DNA of 64,000 nucleotides from Thermofilaceae archaeon. GTDB taxonomy: Archaea > Thermoproteota > Thermoprotei > Thermofilales > Thermofilaceae. The position numbers and the translations under genes are program-made. The DNA lies in assembly GCA_038861545.1 (NCBI GenBank), contig JAWCCZ010000001.1, positions 480,001 to 544,000 on the forward strand, read 5' to 3'. The notes beneath the pieces are model-generated. The model was not told the DNA's origin. It searched no databases and worked only from the letters and a program-made list of their open reading frames with translations. Positions within the stretch are counted from its first letter, which is position 1. Each line of letters starts with the position of its first letter. Shown here piece by piece: positions 20,676 to 31,586 of the stretch.

Positions 20676-21029
20676 TTAATGTGAGGCAGCGATCAGCGCA
20701 ACTCCCCCTATTATCAGCATTACCCCTAGAATCTTCGCCAGAGTTAAAGGTTCGCCGAAGAGTAGGTGCCCTGCAACTAACGCTAACGCGTAGTTGACGC
20801 TGATCAGAGGGTACAGCTTGCTAAGCTCCCCCTTACTTAACGCAGCTAACCAAGCTAGGGTGGATAAAGCGTATAACGAGAAACCGAGGATTACGAACTT
20901 ATTGGACAGCAACTTGAGCAACGACTCGAAGCTCAGTCGAGTATCTTTCGGTATAGCATACCTCCAAGCCAGTTGACCTGCTAAACCGAGCAGCGCCGAA
21001 ATTAGCGCTAAAGCAGCGTCGCTTTTCAC
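20676..21029 (-). CDS. EamA/SMR-like small transporter (ArnE/F-like)
   Basis: 4 TM; WLAALSKGELSKLYPLISVNY, LFGEPLT...G. Confidence 0.8.
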   Translation of the reverse strand: MKSDAALALISALLGLAGQLAWRYAIPKDTRLSFESLLKLLSNKFVILGFSLYALSTLAWLAALSKGELSKLYPLISVNYALALVAGHLLFGEPLTLAKILGVMLIIGGVALIAASH

Positions 21030-21103
21030 ACGTTTAACTCTCTAACAGCCTAAAAAAGTATCTGAATACGTTACAGCTATATCCCAGCCCGGAGGTATTA
21101 ACC

Positions 21104-22393
21104 ATGCCTGAGGTCAATACAAGTAGTATTCTAAGGATTCTTAAAAACGCCGGCGTGAAAAGGTTAATGTTCATCATTACAGATATTTTCGGAAAGCCTC
21201 GTGGAGTCAGTTTCAGCATTAAAGAGTCTCTTAAGGTTTTAAAGGAGGGGTTATGCTTCGATGGATCTTCCCTACCCAAGTACGCGCCAGTCCATGAAAG
21301 CGATATACTAGCTAAACCCGACCTTTCTTCACTCTACGTAGATCCTAGCGTGCACAGCGCATGGGTTTTCTGCAGCGTGGTTGAGCCCTCTAGCGCTAAG
21401 CGAAGAGATCCCCGCTGGCTTCTATTTAACGCAACTCAAGCTCTTAGAGAATCTAGGTTTAAGGTGAAAGTGGGGATCGAGGTCGAATTCTTCTTAGTTA
21501 AGATGAATGGAGGCGAGGTGAAGCCGGTGGACACCTGCGGCTACTTTGATATTTCAGCACCAGCGCTGAGCGTCGTAGAAGAGATAGCAAGTAAAGCCGA
21601 GCGCGCCGGCTTAGGCGCCGTTAAAGCGCACCATGAAGTTGCACCTGGTCAATACGAATGCGTTCTCCCCGCCGCAAATCCCGTGAAGGCATGTGATACG
21701 TTCTTGCTCTTTAAGGAGCTTGCCTCGACAACGGCATTATCGTATGGGCTGCGAGTTACGTTTATGCCTAAACCGTTTTGGGGCGTTAACGGTAGTGGAG
21801 CGCACGTGCATCTCAGCCTGTATAAAGATGGCGTCAATGTATTTCGGTTTAAAGGCGAGTTTTCCAGAGAAGGGTTTAGCTGCATAGCGGGTCTGCTACA
21901 GATGTCTAGATCGATAGCCGCTTTAGCTGCACCTACGGTTAACTCATACAAGAGGCTTATACCGCACCACGAGGCTCCAACTAGGATAGCATGGGGCTAC
22001 GGCAACCGGACGACGCTTATCAGGGTGCCGCTCTACCAAGGCGCGGCGGAAAGGGTTGAGTTCAGACAACCAGATCCATTAATGAACCCCTACCTCACGG
22101 TTTTAACAGTCATTAAGTCCATGCTCAATGGTTTAGTTGAGAGGCTGGAGTCGCCACCTCCAGTTACAGTCTCAGCATACGAGTTAGAGGGATTAGGTGA
22201 AACCCCACGCCACTTAGGTGAGGCGGCCGACGAGTTCGCTAATACATTCAACCAGCTCGGGATCCCCACTGACCTAGCTGAACTTTACTTAAAATGTAAG
22301 AGGGAGGAGTGGAAAGAGTACTTGCAACAGTGCGGATCCTGGGAGGAGACGTGGAATAAGGTAACCAGCTGGGAGTATAGCCGCTATCTCTGA
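21104..22393 (+). CDS. glnA: Glutamine synthetase type I family
   Basis: FDGSS, GIEVEFF, HHEVAPGQYE, TFMPKP..GVNGSGAHVH, NSYKRL, EAP..WG..NRT, RVEFRQPD. Confidence 0.9.
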   Translation: MPEVNTSSILRILKNAGVKRLMFIITDIFGKPRGVSFSIKESLKVLKEGLCFDGSSLPKYAPVHESDILAKPDLSSLYVDPSVHSAWVFCSVVEPSSAKRRDPRWLLFNATQALRESRFKVKVGIEVEFFLVKMNGGEVKPVDTCGYFDISAPALSVVEEIASKAERAGLGAVKAHHEVAPGQYECVLPAANPVKACDTFLLFKELASTTALSYGLRVTFMPKPFWGVNGSGAHVHLSLYKDGVNVFRFKGEFSREGFSCIAGLLQMSRSIAALAAPTVNSYKRLIPHHEAPTRIAWGYGNRTTLIRVPLYQGAAERVEFRQPDPLMNPYLTVLTVIKSMLNGLVERLESPPPVTVSAYELEGLGETPRHLGEAADEFANTFNQLGIPTDLAELYLKCKREEWKEYLQQCGSWEETWNKVTSWEYSRYL

Positions 22394-22456
22394 AATTTCT
22401 ACGAAAGTTCCCAGAAATGCTTTACGAAGGGGGAAAGCGGTACATGGGCTAAAGGA

Positions 22457-24307
22457 TTATAGGTACTTTACCTGTTCCCAAGGGAGGCGCACGCCATCCA
22501 GGCATTCGTAGCTTGTTTCAGTTACCAGCTCTCTAACATAGTCTGGTAGTAGCGCCGCGTAGTTCCTGTACCTGTAATCGCCGAGCACTAGCACAGCTTG
22601 ATCTCTGGGACTCCTCAAAGCCCTCCCTAGGGCCTGCGCAGCTTTCCTAACAGCCGGATACACGTATGCGTAGAGTTTTCCCTTTTCTTCGCCGTATAGC
22701 TCCGTGTAGTACGATATATAGAGCGCTGTTTTCGTAGTGGGCTTCTCAAACGGTATTCCGGCTAGGAAAACACACATTAGCTCTCCGCCGGGGTAATCGG
22801 CTCCCTCGGCAAAGCGGCCACCCATGGGAGCTACGATTAACCCCCGCCCCTCGGCGGCGAGAGCCTTAAACGATTTAAGAACTTCTGAGGCTTCTAGGCT
22901 CGACATTTCTCGCCTTTCAATGAAGACTTCGTAGCCAATTTCCTCTGCTTTTCTCTTTAAGCCCGCGTTAACCAGGTCACCCTGTATACGGTAGCTTGCG
23001 GTGAAAACCGCACTGTTCTTACGCACTCTGGATAGCAGCCTAAGGATTCCGTTAACGTACTTCATGGCCATTTCCTCGCTAAGCTCCTCACCCCTCGTCG
23101 AGAGATCCCGAACGAGGTAGACAGAAGCATTGGTTTCATCGTAAGGACTTGGAGCGTTTACAGCGTAGTAGTTCTCTAATCCGACTGTCTCCGCAAAAGC
23201 TTCAATAGGGCTCAGCGTGCCGGACATGAAAATTACCCGCTTGAACTTCTTCCATACTTCGCCGAGGATCTCGGCTGAGCGCATGTCCCAAATACTGAGG
23301 CTTAAGCGCTCCTCCAGGCGTTCAACGATAAACGCTACCCCCTTGGTACCCCTCAAGCTGAGAGCATTTTCCAGAAAACGAGCGAAATGATAGAGGCTTG
23401 ACCTTGGTCTAAGCCCTTGCCTGTACCTTAACTCCCTGATACTCTCTCCGGCTTTAACAGCTGCTTGGATAAGCCAGTTTTTCTCCTCTGGCACTAGGCT
23501 AGCCGGATCAAATAGCTCGGGTTCTTCTTCGCGCACACTGCTGAATTTCTCCTCAATAATGTTCTGCGCATGTCTTACAAGCTCTAAAGCTTCTTCGCTA
23601 TTAACTTCCCTCGCCTCGCCTATAGCTCTGGATAGCGTGCCCTCGGTTATGCTATCGCCCCCGAGGTTTAGGTTCTGCAGATTATGAGCCTCATCAACCA
23701 CTAGTATCGAGTTGCTGAAGGGAATGACCGATTTAAGGCTCCAAGCCAGTTCTTCGTCTACGATGTAATTGTAGCTGAGAGCTACTATATCCGCGTAAGA
23801 TAAAAGCTTCCTCTGCAGGAAGTATGGGCAAAGGCCCAGCTCTTCGGCGGCTCGGTAGACTTCATAGTGAGTTAATGCTCCTTTAGACATCAGATGGTTA
23901 ACGTCTACCCCCTCCTCTAGCCTCTGGTAAAACTCGCATTTCTTACGTTCTCTGCTGCATATGTAAGCTACTTCTGCGTAATCGAGCTCTCCACCTAGTT
24001 TCTTCGCGAGTAGACACATATCTTTCTTTCCTCTGTATCCCAGGCCTACTAGCTTTAAGCCGATTTCTTTCCTGAATGTCGAGAGCTCCTCCACTGGTCG
24101 GTCAGTCTCGTTTCCAGTCCTCACCGCCCAGATAACACGGTTACCCCTCTCAATGTACGGCAGTAGTGCGTATATCACCACCGGCGTTTTACCGAAGCCT
24201 GTCGGGGCCTCCAATACAACATTTACTCTTTTCAGGGCTTTTCTGATTTCGTGAGCCACTTCAACCTGGTGTGGGCGGGGTCTGTACGGGAACCTGTAAT
24301 CGCTCAT
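22457..24307 (-). CDS. xpd: XPD/Rad3/DinG family ATP-dependent DNA helicase (Fe-S)
   Basis: Q motif RPHQ, EAPTGFGKT, four-Cys Fe-S region with CPYF, DEAHN, SGTL, EGADY, QALGRALR. Confidence 0.9.
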   Translation of the reverse strand: MSDYRFPYRPRPHQVEVAHEIRKALKRVNVVLEAPTGFGKTPVVIYALLPYIERGNRVIWAVRTGNETDRPVEELSTFRKEIGLKLVGLGYRGKKDMCLLAKKLGGELDYAEVAYICSRERKKCEFYQRLEEGVDVNHLMSKGALTHYEVYRAAEELGLCPYFLQRKLLSYADIVALSYNYIVDEELAWSLKSVIPFSNSILVVDEAHNLQNLNLGGDSITEGTLSRAIGEAREVNSEEALELVRHAQNIIEEKFSSVREEEPELFDPASLVPEEKNWLIQAAVKAGESIRELRYRQGLRPRSSLYHFARFLENALSLRGTKGVAFIVERLEERLSLSIWDMRSAEILGEVWKKFKRVIFMSGTLSPIEAFAETVGLENYYAVNAPSPYDETNASVYLVRDLSTRGEELSEEMAMKYVNGILRLLSRVRKNSAVFTASYRIQGDLVNAGLKRKAEEIGYEVFIERREMSSLEASEVLKSFKALAAEGRGLIVAPMGGRFAEGADYPGGELMCVFLAGIPFEKPTTKTALYISYYTELYGEEKGKLYAYVYPAVRKAAQALGRALRSPRDQAVLVLGDYRYRNYAALLPDYVRELVTETSYECLDGVRLPWEQVKYL

Positions 24308-24406
24308 CCCTACGTACTCCTATACATGAGGTTTACATGCTTAGCGGATATTTTCAAGCCCCGCGAAAGCCAGCTTAAAGCATTTTATCGTGTGTTTTAA
24401 CCCTTA

Positions 24407-25996
24407 ATGGCGAAGGTTATGAAATCGCCGAAATATGTGATGGCGGTAGATCAAGGCACAACTGGGACCAGAGTGATGCTTTTCACGAGGGATGGTTTAC
24501 CAGTTCAAGGTGGATGGGCTTACCGCGAACATAGACAAATCTACCCCCGCCCCGGCTGGGTTGAACATGATCCAATGGAAATATGGGAGAACACGAAGCT
24601 CTGCATGAAAGAGGCTTTAGAGAAGGCTCGAGTAGACCCAAGGAACCTAGCAGCTATAGGTGTTACGAACCAGAGGGAGACGATAGTGGTATGGGATCAG
24701 CGCACAGGTAAACCTGTTTACAACGCTATCGTGTGGCAAGATAGGCGGACAGCCCCCTATGTGGATTACTTAAAAGGATACTATGCTGAAGTAGTAAAGT
24801 CGAAGACTGGATTAGTTCCCGACCCTTACTTCTCCGCAACTAAGGTTTGGTGGCTCTTGGATAATGTGCCGAACCTGAGGGAAAAAGCCTCTAAAGATGA
24901 CGTGCTAATCGGTACTATTGACACGTGGCTTGTATGGAACCTAACGCGTGGAGCTAGGGATGTACAGACACCAGAGAAAGGAGGAGCACACGTCACTGAC
25001 TACTCAAACGCGTCTAGAACTATGTTGTTCAACATATGGTACCTTGAGTGGGATGATGAGTTGTTAGAAATTAACGGTAAAATCCCGAAGGAACCCCTTC
25101 CAGCTCCGAGACCTTCAAGCGATAAGGCAGTTTACGGTTACACGGGACCTGAAGTTGCAGGCTTGCTTAGTGGAGCAAGTGTGCCAGTCACTGGTGATGC
25201 CGGTGATCAGCAGGCAGCGCTATTCGGTCAAGCCGGTTTCTCAGAGGGGGATATGAAGTGCACGTACGGGACTGGTAATTTCCTACTGATGAATACGGGC
25301 AGCAGGATCGTGGAATCGAGGCATGGTTTACTCACCACGGTATTCTATAGCCTTGAGCCTGGGAAGGCCACGTACGCTTTAGAGGGTAGTATCTTTGTCA
25401 CAGGTGCTGCTATACAATGGTTGAGGGATGGTTTAAAGATCATCGAAGTCTCTGCTGAGGTGAACCCGCTAGCTGAAAGCGTATCGGACACAGGCGGAGT
25501 TTACTTTGTCCCGGCGTTCGTGGGTTTAGGGGCGCCATACTGGGATCATTACGCTAGAGGGGTAATAGTGGGGATAACTAGGGGAACAGAGCGCAAGCAC
25601 TTAGCGCGAGCAGCACTGGAGTCTATAGCTTACATGACTCGAGACGTTGTGGAAGCAATGACTGCAGACACAGGCTTAAAACTCGATGTCTTAAAGGCGG
25701 ATGGAGGCGCAGCGAAAAGCGATTTCCTGCTTCAGTTCCAGGCGGATATCCTAGGTGTTAGGGTCGTAAGGCCGGTGGTTTGGGAGACAACGTCCTTGGG
25801 TGCCGCTTACTTAGCGGGGTTAGCGGTTGATATGTGGGACGGTATAAGCGAATTACGGGGTAACTGGAAGGCGGAGAGAGAGTTCAACCCATGGATGGAC
25901 GCAGCTACGAGGGATAGGCTTTATGAGGGGTGGAAGGCCGCGGTGAAGAGGGCTCTCGGCTGGGCGAAAGAGGTACCTTGGGCATATGGGTACTGA
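24407..25996 (+). CDS. glpK: Glycerol kinase
   Basis: [55 protein letters not shown]. Confidence 0.96.
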   Translation: MAKVMKSPKYVMAVDQGTTGTRVMLFTRDGLPVQGGWAYREHRQIYPRPGWVEHDPMEIWENTKLCMKEALEKARVDPRNLAAIGVTNQRETIVVWDQRTGKPVYNAIVWQDRRTAPYVDYLKGYYAEVVKSKTGLVPDPYFSATKVWWLLDNVPNLREKASKDDVLIGTIDTWLVWNLTRGARDVQTPEKGGAHVTDYSNASRTMLFNIWYLEWDDELLEINGKIPKEPLPAPRPSSDKAVYGYTGPEVAGLLSGASVPVTGDAGDQQAALFGQAGFSEGDMKCTYGTGNFLLMNTGSRIVESRHGLLTTVFYSLEPGKATYALEGSIFVTGAAIQWLRDGLKIIEVSAEVNPLAESVSDTGGVYFVPAFVGLGAPYWDHYARGVIVGITRGTERKHLARAALESIAYMTRDVVEAMTADTGLKLDVLKADGGAAKSDFLLQFQADILGVRVVRPVVWETTSLGAAYLAGLAVDMWDGISELRGNWKAEREFNPWMDAATRDRLYEGWKAAVKRALGWAKEVPWAYGY

Positions 25997-27497
25997 GGCT
26001 GGTGACGTGAAGCTGAAAGTAGCTATTATTGGAGCTGGTGTAGTGGGGGCTTCGATAGCCAGAGTACTCAGCATGTACGAAAATTTCGATGTAATCCTAC
26101 TGGAGCGAGAACCGGATGTGGGCTGGGGTGCGAGCAAGGCTAACACGTCTGTTATTCACCCGGGTCATGAGGAGGATCCAAGAAAGCACCCGATTAGAGC
26201 GAAGCTCTGCGTGGAGGGTAACCAATTATGGAGGAAGTGGACTGAGGAGCTCGATATCCCGGCTAGATGGCCAGGGGAGCTGATGCTTTTCTACAGTAAT
26301 GAGGAAGTTAAACGAGCTGCAGAGTACGTGGAGTTTGCCAGGCTTAACGGTGTACCCGGCGTTAAAATAGTGTGGGAGGAGGTTAAGCAGATTGAGCCGT
26401 GGGTTAACCCGAGCACAACTGGAGCGATTTACGCGCCAACCGCTGGCTTGGTATCTCCCTTCGAAGCTGTCGCTGCTATAGTGGAGAACGCTGTAGGAAA
26501 TGGAGTCAGGCTTCTAGCGGATACTGAGGTAAACGGAATCAAGGTTTCCGGCGGGGAAATAAATGGCGTGGAAACTGGTAGGGGGTTCGTGGAAGCTGAT
26601 TTAGTAATTAACGCTGCGGGTTTATGCGCGGATCGTGTTTCACACATGGCTGGTGTAGAGCTGGGGTTCAGGATAAAACCTAGAAGGGGGGAGTACCTTC
26701 TTTTTGATGAGAATGTGCATGTTAAACCGCGCATGATCCTGCATCCAGTCCCTACACCTATTACTAAAGGCGTCTACGCCATAACCACGGTTCATGGTAA
26801 CCTAATGCTCGGCCCTACAGCTGATGATCTACCCGAGGAAGAGAAAAATAATCTTTCGACTACAGGGGAGGGCCTTTCTCGCGTGATAGAGGAGGCTTCA
26901 AAGTTGTTAAAAGAGATTCCACCCCATGATAAGGTGATCAGGTTCTTTACAGGTTTAAGGCCGGAGCCTCCCCATGGCGAATGGTTGATTAAAGCCTACA
27001 ACGACCCTTGGGGTTTCGTCAACGTAGCCGGTATTCGATCTCCCGGTTTAACAGCTGCACCGGCTATTGCCAACTATGTTTTAGAGCTCATAGTCAGGGA
27101 ATATGATGTAAAGCTAAATCGTAAACTTTTGTGGAACCCTTACAGGGTGAACGTAACCAGTGTTAGGGGAAAAAACATAGAAGAAATGGATCAGCTAGTG
27201 AAAGTAAACCCGGACTATGGAGAAATCGTTTGTCGTTGCAGGTTAGTGTCCAAAGCTGAAATTATTGAAGCCATTGAAAGGATGAGGAAGATAGGGCTTG
27301 AGCGGATAACTGTTGATGGAGTTAAATTTAGGACTACGGCTGGAATGGGCTGGTGTCAAGGGCAGTTCTGCAGGTGGAGGATATCGCTTATTATCTCACA
27401 GGCCACCGGCATTCCGCTTTACGAGGTAGCTGTTAAGCGAGCAAGCTACGGTATAGGGGATGTAAAGGTTCTGCTTAAAGGTGGAAACATTTGCTAG
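25986..27497 (+). CDS. FAD-dependent glycerol-3-phosphate dehydrogenase (GlpA-like, C-terminal BFD-like Cys cluster)
   Basis: [31 protein letters not shown]...[10 protein letters not shown]; follows glpK. Confidence 0.85.
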   Translation: MGTEAGDVKLKVAIIGAGVVGASIARVLSMYENFDVILLEREPDVGWGASKANTSVIHPGHEEDPRKHPIRAKLCVEGNQLWRKWTEELDIPARWPGELMLFYSNEEVKRAAEYVEFARLNGVPGVKIVWEEVKQIEPWVNPSTTGAIYAPTAGLVSPFEAVAAIVENAVGNGVRLLADTEVNGIKVSGGEINGVETGRGFVEADLVINAAGLCADRVSHMAGVELGFRIKPRRGEYLLFDENVHVKPRMILHPVPTPITKGVYAITTVHGNLMLGPTADDLPEEEKNNLSTTGEGLSRVIEEASKLLKEIPPHDKVIRFFTGLRPEPPHGEWLIKAYNDPWGFVNVAGIRSPGLTAAPAIANYVLELIVREYDVKLNRKLLWNPYRVNVTSVRGKNIEEMDQLVKVNPDYGEIVCRCRLVSKAEIIEAIERMRKIGLERITVDGVKFRTTAGMGWCQGQFCRWRISLIISQATGIPLYEVAVKRASYGIGDVKVLLKGGNIC

Positions 27498-28741
27498 AGC
27501 TAAAGTTCGACTTGGTTGTGGTTGGAGGCGGTCCAGCCGGAATCGCTGCAGCCTCGAAAGCCTGTGAGCTGGGCATGAAAGTAGGGTTAATTGAGAACAG
27601 GGAAGTCCTCGGAGGAATCCCATTACAGTGTGTTCATTCAGGTTTTGGTGTGCATATTTTTAGGGAGGATTTAACAGGGCCAGAGTTCATCTATAGGCTC
27701 ATTGATCGGCTTCAACGCACAGATGTTAAACTTCTCCTGAGATCTTATGTGCATTCGATTGAGTTGAAGGCTTTCGACGAGAAGATTGTCACGGTATTTT
27801 CGCCGAATGGGGTTCAAAGGCTATACGCTAAGGCGATTGTGCATTCAACAGGTGCGCGGGAGAGGACGATATTCGAAATAGGCGTAACTGGCGAAAGGCC
27901 AGATGGAGTGTACACCGCTGGGGAGGCTCAGACGATGATGGATTTGTACGGCTTGATGCCGGGTCGAAAGGTAGTTATCATTGGATCCGGTGATGTGGGC
28001 TTAATTATGGCTAGAAGGTTCGCGCTTGAAGGTGCCGAAGTGAGAGCTGTAATCGAGGTGCTTCCCTACCCGGGTGGATCTATGCGGAATGTAGTCAGCT
28101 GCCTCCAGGATTTCGGGATACCGCTTTACCTAAACCATGCTGTGGTCTCCCTCTATGGTAGAAAGAGAGTTGAGAAGGTAGTTGTAGCGAAAGTTGACAG
28201 CGAAATGAAGCCTATACCGGGTACGGAGTTCGAAGTAGAGTGTGATGTAGTCGTAGTGGCCGCCGGCTTAAGACCTAACATGGAGCTGTTGGAGAGGATG
28301 GGTGCAGTTCTCGATCCAGCTACAGGGGGGCCAGTCGTTAATGAAATGCTCGAAACAACGGTTCCTGGAGTCTTCGCGGCCGGCAATGCGTTAGTTGTAA
28401 ACGACTTAGTAGATTATGCTGTTGAGCAGGGTGAAAGGGCTGCTGAAGGCGTTTACGAGTTCATCAGCAACTGTTCTAAAAGCGCTGCGTGGAAGAAGGT
28501 AATAAAAGGTAGAAATGTGAGGTTGATTATACCTCACTACGTCAGCGGTGAACGAGACGTTATATTTTACGCGAGGGTTAAGAACCCTGAAAGAAAGGTT
28601 TTCTTTGAGCTACTCGGATCTGATTTGAAGTTGTACCAGCAGGGCGTCAGACCTTCAGAGATGGTTAGGTTTAAAGTTTCTTCATCAATTATATCCAGCT
28701 TAGGTGATAAACTACTCTTCCAGGTGAGGCCGCTTGAGTGA
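27491..28741 (+). CDS. NAD(P)/FAD-dependent oxidoreductase (partner of GlpA-like)
   Basis: VVGGGPAG, QCVHSGFG, TGARER, GSGDVGLIMARR, GVFAAGN. Confidence 0.88.
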   Translation: MLELKFDLVVVGGGPAGIAAASKACELGMKVGLIENREVLGGIPLQCVHSGFGVHIFREDLTGPEFIYRLIDRLQRTDVKLLLRSYVHSIELKAFDEKIVTVFSPNGVQRLYAKAIVHSTGARERTIFEIGVTGERPDGVYTAGEAQTMMDLYGLMPGRKVVIIGSGDVGLIMARRFALEGAEVRAVIEVLPYPGGSMRNVVSCLQDFGIPLYLNHAVVSLYGRKRVEKVVVAKVDSEMKPIPGTEFEVECDVVVVAAGLRPNMELLERMGAVLDPATGGPVVNEMLETTVPGVFAAGNALVVNDLVDYAVEQGERAAEGVYEFISNCSKSAAWKKVIKGRNVRLIIPHYVSGERDVIFYARVKNPERKVFFELLGSDLKLYQQGVRPSEMVRFKVSSSIISSLGDKLLFQVRPLE

Positions 28742-29135
28742 GGTAACGCTTATATGTATAATCTGCCCAGCTGCCTGCGAGCTTAAGGCTGTTTTGCTAC
28801 CGAATGATGAAACGCGGGTAGAGGGTGCAGGGTGCGCTAGAGGAGTAGAGTACGCCAAGCAAGAAGTGCTTAACCCGAGGCGGATGATAGTAACGGTAGT
28901 TAAGGTTAAAGGGGGCGATCTCCCAGTGGTTTCAGTTAAAACGAGTCAACACGTACCGAAGAGTCGCATCGCAGAGATCATGAGAACTACAGCGGAAGTC
29001 GTAGTCGACGCGCCAGTTGAGATTGGGCAAGTTGTAGCAATGTGCCCGGGGGGTGTAGAGCTTATAGCTACGAGGCGAGTAAAAGCCTTAGCCGATCAAA
29101 GGGCCTTGGGAAAGCTGTACGAGAACACAAGTTAA
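28734..29135 (+). CDS. DUF1667 family small Fe-S/Zn protein
   Basis: CIICPAAC...GAGCARGVEYA..E..NPRR, VSVKT; usual third gene of this glycerol operon. Confidence 0.85.
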   Translation: MSEVTLICIICPAACELKAVLLPNDETRVEGAGCARGVEYAKQEVLNPRRMIVTVVKVKGGDLPVVSVKTSQHVPKSRIAEIMRTTAEVVVDAPVEIGQVVAMCPGGVELIATRRVKALADQRALGKLYENTS

Positions 29136-29148
29136 TATATTCCTAAAG

Positions 29149-29514
29149 TTAACTGGCACTTTTCACTGAATCCTCAATCTGCTTAGTGTATTTGTCGAGT
29201 AAGTAGTATATTAGACCTAGATTCGGGTTACTCTTAGATACGAGGCATATTACGCCGTTTTTCAGTTCTCTCAGCATAACGATTCTGCCATCTTCTAACT
29301 CAACAACCACGTCCCTAACACCAGTGCTGAAATACTGTCTAAAAGCCTCTCCCACGCCTGCTACTACAGCTGCTCCAAGCGCTGCTACTATGTCATCGAT
29401 ATCTGACGGATTTGAAGCAGCTATGGTAACCCCATCAAGAGTTGCTAGCACCGCGCGCTCCAGCTCACCCATACTTCTTTTTACCAGTTCCCCGAGAACT
29501 GTTTCAACACTCAT
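29149..29514 (-). CDS. Roadblock/LC7 (MglB-like) protein
   Basis: AVLATLDGVTIAAS, VAALGAA, VVVELEDGRIV, NLGLI. Confidence 0.88.
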   Translation of the reverse strand: MSVETVLGELVKRSMGELERAVLATLDGVTIAASNPSDIDDIVAALGAAVVAGVGEAFRQYFSTGVRDVVVELEDGRIVMLRELKNGVICLVSKSNPNLGLIYYLLDKYTKQIEDSVKSAS

Positions 29515-29837
29515 CTGAGCACCACCCTGTACACCCCGTCTTCCTGAGGCGTTACTTGTAACTCGTTTTCCCCTATACGTACTCTAAGCTCGCTAAGTCC
29601 TCCAGCTTCCTCGAAAACCTTTACTGCTTGAACAGCGTACACGGCTAACATTTTATCCACTTGCCCCTGCGCTTCCACCACTAGCCCCCTCTTATCGACC
29701 AGTGCCGCCCACTTATACCGCCCTTTATCCTTTTTCTTCCGCGACTTTAAGATAACTATAGCCAGCACCACTGCTACAACCACGATAGCGGCTGCAGTAG
29801 CTGTAAGCATGAGCATGGAGCCTGTTAACGGCATCAT
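29511..29837 (-). CDS. Single-TM membrane-anchored Roadblock-like protein
   Basis: N-terminal TM, basic stop-transfer KSRKKKDK, then AALVDKRGLVVEA (Roadblock beta-hairpin motif). Confidence 0.55.
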   Translation of the reverse strand: MMPLTGSMLMLTATAAAIVVVAVVLAIVILKSRKKKDKGRYKWAALVDKRGLVVEAQGQVDKMLAVYAVQAVKVFEEAGGLSELRVRIGENELQVTPQEDGVYRVVLR

Positions 29838-29891
29838 CGAAAATGATTACAAACTCAGTAATTTAAAGATGTTCCTTAAAGTATTACCCCA

Positions 29892-30488
29892 GTGTTACGA
29901 ACCAGTGCATTAAATATAAAACCCACCAGTAAAGAGATTATCGCGGGGAAAAGGTTGCAGGACACGGAGACCGTGCTCATCGCCGGCCCTTTTGGAGCTG
30001 GGAAGACTACATTCATACGCACTGTCAGCGGTAAGTCGATTACTACGGACAGGGAGCTAAGTGGCATAGGCGTTAGCGCTGGAGAAGTCAAGCTAAAGGG
30101 CTCTACAACCGTTTTCGCTGACATGGGTGTCGCTGAGCTGGATGGGAGGAAGCTCCTCCTCTACGGGGCTCCCGGTCAAGTTCGTTTTAGCTTCACGGTT
30201 AAAGGGCTGGCGTCACGCTGTAAGTATCTAGTTTTCCTCGTGGACACAACAGATGAAGCAGCTGTTATGAGGAGTAGGCTGTATTATGAGCGACTCATAA
30301 AACCCTATTTTGATCGTTTTACAAGTAAGGTCTTCGCACTAAATAAGAGAGATACATCGAAGCTTCCAATCATGAGGGTGTTGGAGTTATTCGGATCCAT
30401 GAATTGCCCTTTTGTCGAGCTTGTTGCGCTGGATAAGGGCTCTTGTCTTACTGCGTTAAGGATTCTTCTAGGAGGTGAAGGGGTATAA
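29892..30488 (+). CDS. MglA/CvnD-like small GTPase (start possibly TTG at 29955)
   Basis: G1 GPFGAGKT, TTVFADMG (MglA-type TTVxxDxG), YGAPGQVRF, G4 NKRD. Confidence 0.88.
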   Translation: MLRTSALNIKPTSKEIIAGKRLQDTETVLIAGPFGAGKTTFIRTVSGKSITTDRELSGIGVSAGEVKLKGSTTVFADMGVAELDGRKLLLYGAPGQVRFSFTVKGLASRCKYLVFLVDTTDEAAVMRSRLYYERLIKPYFDRFTSKVFALNKRDTSKLPIMRVLELFGSMNCPFVELVALDKGSCLTALRILLGGEGV

Positions 30489-30496
30489 TAGAGAGG

Positions 30497-30832
30497 TTGA
30501 AGAATATTTTCAGAGAGAGACGGGGAAAGCGGTATTCTTTTCCCACCACTGTGGTGGCAGGAGATTATGAAGTTATGGGTTCCGCTTTAACTATTGAGGA
30601 GGTAAGCGAGGACATGGAGCTGGCAGATGCATTAAAGCCCTTTGCAGCGATGAGTTCAGATTCGCCTGTACTGGTGATAGCGATAGGCAAGGGTTGGAAG
30701 GTTAAGCTAGCGGTGAATAAAGGTCTAGTGGAGATCGTGGAAGTAGAGGGAATAAACGCTGATAAGGCGATTTTCATGCGGGGGCCAGCTATTGTTCTTC
30801 CGTTCCCGGCTAAGGCTTTACGGCGGAAATAA
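30497..30832 (+). CDS. Small hypothetical protein, possibly PATAN/DUF4388-like
   Basis: Helix plus beta pattern VLVIAIGKGWKVKLAVNKGLVEIVE; directly downstream of the GTPase. Confidence 0.4.
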   Translation: MKNIFRERRGKRYSFPTTVVAGDYEVMGSALTIEEVSEDMELADALKPFAAMSSDSPVLVIAIGKGWKVKLAVNKGLVEIVEVEGINADKAIFMRGPAIVLPFPAKALRRK

Positions 30833-31586
30833 GCGTAAGGAGGGGTCCTCTTCTGAACCTAACGGATCCAAACCTCTCCCCTTCAATATAACTTCTTACT
30901 AACTCAGCCGACCAGGTGCCGGCCGTGCTCCCTAAAGCCACAAGAAACGGGGTTATCGGGTTAGCCCCTTCCCACTCGAGCGGTGCTATCATTATAAACT
31001 GGCCTCCCGGTGAAAGTGCAGCGGAAGCCCTGGAGATCAACGGCATCGGCTCATACAGCCAGTTTGAGGGTGAGGCGATGATGATGGAACCTATTGGCTC
31101 GCTCAAATGCCTTAGGAAGCTTGCATAATCCCCTTTAACTAAGAGGTAGTTAGAATTCCCTATACCCCTTAACCTTTCCTCTGCTATTGCGAGGTTGATG
31201 TCTGAGGGGTCTACCGCTATAAGCCTGCTCCACAGCTTGGCTGCATACTCCAAGCTCACAGCCGGTCCGCAGTGCATGTCTACTAAAGCCCCCTCCCTCC
31301 TCCTCGAGGCTGATAACCCGCCCCACAAAAGGTCGGTGAACTCCTTGGATTGCATCAAGGCTTCCGAGAACAATGCAAAGTCCGGCGTATCCCAGGGTTT
31401 CTCACCCCGTATTAGAGGAACTCTTTCAGCGAGGAATTTGAAAACTTTAAGTAGGTAAGGATCTGGGAGCCCCTCCCCCGCTTTAACTGAAGCCGTAATC
31501 TGTCGGACACTCTCAGATTCGCGGATCCCAGCTGTTGATTTAACAAGATCCCTTAATGCCTCGTAAACGGATCTCCAAGCGCTCAT
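30810..31586 (-). CDS. Class I SAM methyltransferase-like protein (degenerate motif I)
   Basis: LVDMHCGPA, LIAVDPS..NL, LLVKGD, ALSPGGQFIM. Confidence 0.75.
   Translation of the reverse strand: MSAWRSVYEALRDLVKSTAGIRESESVRQITASVKAGEGLPDPYLLKVFKFLAERVPLIRGEKPWDTPDFALFSEALMQSKEFTDLLWGGLSASRRREGALVDMHCGPAVSLEYAAKLWSRLIAVDPSDINLAIAEERLRGIGNSNYLLVKGDYASFLRHLSEPIGSIIIASPSNWLYEPMPLISRASAALSPGGQFIMIAPLEWEGANPITPFLVALGSTAGTWSAELVRSYIEGERFGSVRFRRGPLLTLISAVKP

Noticed and set aside
24407-29135. Glycerol operon as a novel system
   Set aside because: glpK plus GlpA-like plus NADH oxidase-like plus DUF1667 is a well-known arrangement in anaerobic archaea and bacteria.
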